A DNA stretch of 42,303 nucleotides from Octopus bimaculoides (Eukaryota). Shown here one piece after another: positions 36,567 to 42,303 of the stretch (within the stretch, counting starts at the first letter, position 1; every line of letters starts with the position of its first letter). Made by a program: the position numbers and the translations under genes. Where the stretch lies: positions 192,790,164 through 192,832,466 of the forward strand of contig NC_068981.1 of NCBI RefSeq assembly GCF_001194135.2, written 5' to 3'. The notes beneath the pieces were generated by a model. The model searched no databases. It saw nothing but the letters and a program-made list of their open reading frames with translations, and had not been told where the DNA came from.

Positions 36567-36797
36567 ATTTATGTGTGCGTGTCTTTGCATCTGTGTTTGT
36601 CTCCCCCACCATCACTTGACAACAAGTGTTGGTTTGTTTATGTCCTTGTAACTTAGTGATTTGGCATAAGTAACAGATAGAATAAGTATCAGTCTTAAAA
36701 GAAAAATAAGTGCTGGGGTCAATTCATTTGAGCAAAATTTCTTCAAGGCAGTGCTCCAGAATGGCCACAGTCTAATGACTTGAAACAAGTAAAAGAT
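36121..36797 (+). mobile_element. SINE type A interrupted by an RTE 3' end (-, about 36240-36440) and (TA)n
   Basis: SINE head at 36121-36230, RTE core reversed, SINE 3' half at 36560-36797. Confidence 0.7.
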
Positions 36798-37718
36798 GAA
36801 AGCTAAAGAGACCCCTCAACACCTGGCATAGAGCCACCCCGCTCCCAAATGCAAAGTTGAGGTGGGGCGGGCCCCTTTTCTTTCTTTTGTCTTGCAAGTC
36901 TTGCACTACTGTCAGTGTCATGAAAAAAAAGCATCCGGTACATTCTATGAAGTGGTTGGCATTAGGAAAGGTATTCAGCCATAAGTAGCCATATAAATAC
37001 AAACATCACAGTTTGATGCAATCCTCTGGCTCATTGGATATTGTCAAACTGTTCAAGCCGTACCAGCATGGGATATGCATATTAAATGATGATGATGAGG
37101 ATGATAACTTTCAAAGTTATACATAGATTGTTAGTTAAGTCACAACACTTAGGAACTACAGTTTCTGGGGGAAGAAATTTCTAGAGAATTTAGTTCTCGT
37201 TCAAATGTCAGTCAAAGACAAATTTTTGTGAACAAGTTTTAATTTTAGAATGATTCAGAGGCTTTCTGAAATTTGGTAAATATGATTTTGTGAAGGATGT
37301 TGAAGAGGACAATCACCATCATCCTCATCATTTTACATCCATGTAGGGATGGGTTAGATGGTTTGACAAGATCCAGAGAGTCCAAAGACTGCATCATTCT
37401 TCAGAGTCTACTTTGGCATAGTGTCTGCCGCTGAATGCCTTTCTTAACACCAACCACTTTACGAAGTACCCCAGGAGCTTTTTAATTGCCACCAGCACAA
37501 GTGAGATTGCCATAATGTTTGCAAAACTATGAATTCTTAAGAGGCAGTTTTATGCTAGGAAATGAGGGTAAAAGTATGAGGGAAGAGGCTCCTGCAGTAG
37601 ATAGCACATCTGTTCATTTTTTTAGAAGGGAGAGGGTGTGAATTGACCAGGGTGGAGCTGGAGAGAGATGTATCTCTAAATAATATTGCATGATGCTAAC
37701 ATTTGATGCTGTTGCAGT

Positions 37719-38176
37719 GGTAGAATTGGTAGCATGCCAGGCAAAATGCTTAGCGACATTTCGTCTGTCTCTACATTCTAAGTTTGAATTCTTATTTCTT
37801 TATTGCCCACAAGGGGCTAAACATAGCGGGGACAAACAAGGACAGACAAAGTGATTAAGTCGATTACATCGACCCCAGTGCGTAACAGGTACTTAATTTA
37901 TCGATCCCAAAAGGATAAAAGGCAAAGTCAACCTCAGTGGAATTTGAACTCAGAACGCAATGGCAGACGAAATACCGCTAAACATTTCGCCCAGCATGCT
38001 AACGTTTCTGCCAGTTTGCCGTCCTTCTAAGTTTGAATTCTGTCGAGGTCAACTTTGCCTTTCATCCTTTCAGGGTCGATAAAATAAGCACCCAATGAAC
38101 TCTGAAGTCAATGTAATCGACTTACCCTCTCCCCCAAAATTTCTGGCAGTGTGCCAAAATCTGAAACCAAATATTG
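37719..38176 (+). mobile_element. Host SINE type B containing an antisense nested SINE
   Basis: The host continues across the insert; 17-bp TSD ttctaagtttgaattct at 37776-37792 and 38025-38041. Confidence 0.85.
37793..38024 (-). mobile_element. Nested SINE type B variant with a Tx1-like 3' tail
   Basis: Minus strand: ggcaaactggcagaaacgttagc..gagttcaaattcc..gtccttgtttgtcccc..gccccttgtgggcAATAAAgaaa. Confidence 0.85.
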
Positions 38177-38206
38177 ATGCTGTTGGTGTTGTTATTGTTG
38201 TTGCAG

Positions 38207-38509
38207 TATCCTTACATGCCTATCAATGGCTCGTCTGCAAGTTGCTGGTGGAGTGCAATGACAAGATCAGGATGGAGTCTAAACTTCAGAGTTGCATGTT
38301 TGATGCCATAAATAACAGCCAAGTGTACCATTGTCGCAGCCTGTCCCTGGCCTACATAGAACTGACTGTAGTGAAAGTGTTTTATGAATTTCTAATGCGA
38401 CAGCAACAAGAATCACCCAATAGTCAAGAATTGATCAATGTCCTTCTGAAATTAGTCAGCCTTTATGGTTTATGGAGCATTGATAAACACCTGGCAGCAT
38501 TATACCAAG
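38207..38509 (+). CDS. ACOX3: ACOX3 coding exon 12 (303 nt)
   Basis: ttgcag|(I)SLHAYQWLVCKLL...NNSQVYHCRSLSLAYIELTVV...LVSLYGLWSIDKHLAALYQ(G)|gtaagt. Confidence 0.95.
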
Positions 38510-38577
38510 GTAAGTGTTCACGAGATTTATTACCTCCCTTCTAGTTTTCGTATTATATACATATATACATTACTCTC

Positions 38578-38613
<36 letters not shown>

Positions 38614-38739
38614 AGTGTATATATATATATATATATAGCTGTGTGTTATTTTGTTAAGGTTATTTCTACAGAAATGAGACATCAGGTGCATTTTATGGAG
38701 TTTCTACCTACACCTTTTCTACAGATCTAGCAGGGCCAT

Positions 38740-39045
38740 CTATCTGAAGGGATTTATGATTTTTCTGCCTTCCTACTTACTATGACTTGGGTTTTCGCTA
38801 GGTTGACTCTAAGGCCCTTCGATTCTAGACCTTGCTTCTTTACCTGGAACTTCTTCTATAGTTCTGGTAGTGACTCAGCAATTAGAGCAAGGTCATCAGC
38901 ATAGAGGAGCTCCCAGGGGCAGCCTGTCTTGAATTTTTCTGTTATTGCCTAGATGGACAAGAGGGGGCTGAGCATCAATCCTTGGTGAACCCCTACTTGT
39001 ACCCTGAGTTCTTTGATGTACACATTGCTAACCTTCACCTTATTG
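38740..39045 (-). mobile_element. RTE reverse transcriptase core fragment
   Basis: VQVGVHQG..LSPLL..TGCPWELLYADDLALIAES; the YADD codons are the reverse complement of 38892-38903. Confidence 0.85.
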
Positions 39046-39300
39046 GTGATAATAATATCATTATATATTTTAAATAGCGGTAAGACCTATTTATAAATGT
39101 TTTAAAATCTTACACAGCCTTGGATTTTTATCTCATTCTGAAAAAAGATTTTTTGATATATATATATAAATACAGTGTACATTTAAACACATAAGAGATA
39201 TCCATCATGGGATTCCTTGCACGCTAGAAAGAGCAGCTAAGTTCCAAACCACTATTAGAGATAAAACTTTGAAGAGAATGAAAATAAAAACATTTACCAT

Positions 39301-39358
<58 letters not shown>

Positions 39359-39554
39359 CATACATAGATGTATGTATAAGTAATCAAGATTTAAAAAATT
39401 AGAGGATAAAAATTGAAAAATTAAAATATTGAAACATTTAAAAATTTTAAAGATTAAAAATTAAACAATTAAAAATAAATTTGAATTAAAGTTTTAAGAA
39501 ATAAATAATTTTTTAAAATTTGAAATGTAAGAAGTCAATTATTTTTACCGTCGA

Positions 39555-39875
39555 TGTCAGTGCTGGCTGACTGGTCCCATACTGATGACATGTAAAAAGC
39601 ACCATTCGAGCATGGTCATTTCCATTGCTGCCTGACTGGCTCCTGTGCCGCTGGCACGTAAAAAGCACCATTCAAGCATGGCTGATGCCAGTACCGTCTG
39701 ACTGGCCCTCATGCTAGTGACACATAAAAAGAACCCACTACACTCTTGGAGTGGTTGGCATTAGGAAGGGCATCCAGCTGTAGAAACCTTACCAGATTGG
39801 ATTGGAGCCTGGTGCAGCCTTCAGTCAAACCATCCAACCCATGCAAGCATGGAACGTAGACATTAAACGATGATA
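39555..39875 (+). mobile_element. RTE 3' end with about three tandem UTR units
   Basis: aaaaagcaccatt units, cactacactcttggagtggttggc, ttaaacgatgat. Confidence 0.8.
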
Positions 39876-39900
39876 AATAAATATAATACATGCATACATA

Positions 39901-40292
39901 GGCGCAGGAGTGGCTGTGTGGTAAGTAGCTTGCTTATGAACCACATGGCTCTGGGTTCAGTCCCACTGCGTGGCACCTTGGGCAAGCGTCTTCTACTATA
40001 GCCTTGGGCCGACCAAAGCCTTGTGAGTGGATTTGGTAGATGGAAACTGAAAGAAGCCTATCGTATATATGTATATATATATATATGTGTGTGTTTGTGT
40101 GTCTGCATTTGTCTCCCCAACATCGTTTGACAACCGATGCTGGTGTGTTTAAGTCCCTGTAACTTAGCGGTTCGGCAAAATAGACCGATAGAATAAGTAC
40201 TAGGCTTACAAAGAAAAAGTTCTGGGGTCGATTTGCTCGACTAAAGGCGGTGCTCCAGCATGGCCAGTCAAATGACTGAAACAAGTAAAAGA
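39901..40292 (+). mobile_element. SINE type A, full length
   Basis: ggcgcaggagtggctgtgtggtaag ... ggcggtgctccagcatggcc..aagtaaaaga. Confidence 0.88.
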
Positions 40293-40696
40293 GTACACAT
40301 ACAAATGTATGTATGCATGCATGTATGTACTGGAGCAACTAGATACACACCAACCCACCTGGAGCAAAGAATGGCTGAACTTGTACTGTTGGAGAGAGAA
40401 GGCAAAATCCTTAATTCATATGCTACAAATGATCAGAATATCTGGGTCTGTAAAAATATGCAATACCTTCTTAAGCTTTAAACGATGATGATTAAATGAA
40501 GATACTTCCTTCACAACCTTGTTACCAAGTTGGTGATCAGTGAAAATATAAGAGAAAACAGACAGGCACAGATAAAAGCATGCATGCACATCACAAAGGA
40601 GAAAGCTAATTAGAAGATTACAGATACAAATGATTAATGGAACGGTCAAAATTTGTAAACTTTCCTAAAGTTTAGCATTTTAGTGTATGTGCCACT

Positions 40697-40738
<42 letters not shown>

Positions 40739-40887
40739 GTTGTTTAACGTCCGCTTTCCATGCTAGCATGGGTTGGACGACTTGACTGAGGACTGGTGAA
40801 ACCGGATGGCAACACCAGGCTCCAATCTAAACTTGGCAGAGTTTCTACAGCTGGATGCCCTTCCTAACGCCAACCACTCAGAGAGTG
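40697..40887 (-). mobile_element. RTE 3' end (young copy) with an (ATC)n tail
   Basis: Near-identical to the reverse complement of 1496-1640. Confidence 0.82.
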
Positions 40888-41498
40888 TGTAAGAATACAT
40901 GCAGTAAATACATGCATGAAAATCTGCACATGCTGACTCAAATATTGCACATATGCACACAAAAATGCACAAATACCTTGAATCTAGATTAGAAACTGGC
41001 TCTTTTTTTATTAGCAAGAAATGTAGAAATAAAACTGAATAACACACACACACATCCATTACAGCTAATCTTACTAGTCAGTTTTGCACTGGATATTAGA
41101 TAACCAGGTAACAGCATGGTTAAGTAATACTGCGTGCTCTTCAGAGAAGACAGGTATGATCAAAATATATGTGAGCATATTTTTTTTTCCTGTATCTGCC
41201 ACCTCTGAAGAGCATGTAGTATCACTTAACTATACTGGTATGTAACGTTCAGTTTTAATGCTCAATGCAAAACCAATTGGTAAGATCAGCTGTCATGGAT
41301 CTATAATACTGCATACTTTGATTAATGTACCCACTCTAATGACTAATATATGAATGCATCTTTTTTCTAACTCATGGATTCTTGGAGAACTAATATGTGT
41401 GTGTGTGTGGTATATCATAATACTTACTCTTGTCATAAGAATCTGTCTTGTCTTTACTGTTTTTGTATTGATGTTTCTTGTCTTTTGCTAATCTTCAG

Positions 41499-41653
41499 GA
41501 GGTTATTGTAGTGGAGAACTCCCAGCCAAGTGGATCCATTATGCCATCTCGGAATTGTGTAGGGAACTGAAGGATGAAGCAGTGGCTCTTGTTGATGCTG
41601 TGTCCCCTCCTGATTTCATTTTGAGCTCTCCTATTGGACATTCAAACGGAGAG
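41499..41653 (+). CDS. ACOX3: ACOX3 coding exon 13 (155 nt); gene continues past the window
   Basis: cttcag|(G)GYCSGELPAKW...LCRELKDEAVALVDAVSPPDFILSSPIGHSNGE|gtaaga. No terminal exon was found before 42303. Confidence 0.95.
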
Positions 41654-41944
41654 GTAAGAACAGAAGTCGATAATTCTATAATGTTATCATGTTTTTTATG
41701 TTTAACTTCTTTCAGTCATTGGGTTATGGCCATGCTGGAGCAGTGTCTTGAAGGGCTTTATTGGAACAAATTGATCCTAGTACTTATCTCTTTAAGTCTG
41801 GTGCTCATTCTGATTGTTTCTTGTGTCAAATCTACTAAGTTACAGGGACATAAACAAACCAACACCGGCTATGAAGCAGTGAATGGGGGGAGACATAAAG
41901 AAACACACATGTGTAAACACACATAAATTCCCACATAATTTCTT

Positions 41945-42116
41945 ATTTATTTCTTTATTACCCACAAGGGGTTAAACATAGAGGGGACAAACAAGGACAG
42001 ACAAACAGATTAAGTCGATCCCAGTGCGTAACTGGTACTTAATTTATCGACCCCGAAAGGATGAAAGGCAAAGTCGACCTCAGCCGAATTTGAACTCAAA
42101 ACATAAAAACAGATGA
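41945..42116 (-). mobile_element. SINE type B variant with a Tx1-like tail, 5' end cut off
   Basis: tttctttattacccacaagggg..gacaaacaaggacagac..cgaccccgaaaggatgaaaggcaaagtcgacc..gaatttgaactc. Confidence 0.8.
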
Positions 42117-42303
42117 CACACTGTGTGGTGCGATGGAGGAAGAAGACAACAAGAAGCAAAAGGACAGAATGAAGCATTGGACCTTACCTTGCCGACCGTA
42201 GCGGGGTACACGATCGCTCCTAATCAGAACACGTCTTTCTCGTAACGTCGCTGTTTTCTCACTGGCCCCACGTGCTAGCCTTCAACCGTGTGTCGCCGAC
42301 TTC

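Noticed and set aside
40330-40490. ORF ending ...YLLKL* as the ACOX3 terminal exon with a PTS1-like end
   Set aside because: It lies upstream of exon 13, has no similarity to the LY..LW...W C-terminus and lacks a good acceptor.

Overview
AT-rich, repeat-dense eukaryotic genomic DNA. An octopus or other coleoid cephalopod origin is inferred from the repeat content, not proven. The window holds one + strand gene, a peroxisomal acyl-CoA oxidase 3 (ACOX3) orthologue. I reconstructed 13 GT-AG coding exons from 2394 to 41653 (2079 nt, 693 codons, phases consistent throughout). The last exon, with the stop codon and expected PTS1, lies beyond the window. Introns contain a 5'-truncated Tx1/L1-like LINE, many RTE LINE fragments and 3' ends, REL-endonuclease retroelement fragments, at least three tRNA-derived SINE types, Tc2-, piggyBac- and hAT-like MITEs, LTR-like elements, fold-back repeats, long microsatellites and three N gaps. 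Most ORFs in the supplied track are spurious. The most notable observations are a stop-introducing AAG/TAG tandem acceptor at exon 7, a SINE whose 3' tail matches the local Tx1-like LINE, a dimeric SINE bracketed by one TSD, a SINE nested in a SINE, dsRNA-forming inverted repeats in the pre-mRNA and a decayed hammerhead-like motif. I found no clear new multi-gene system.
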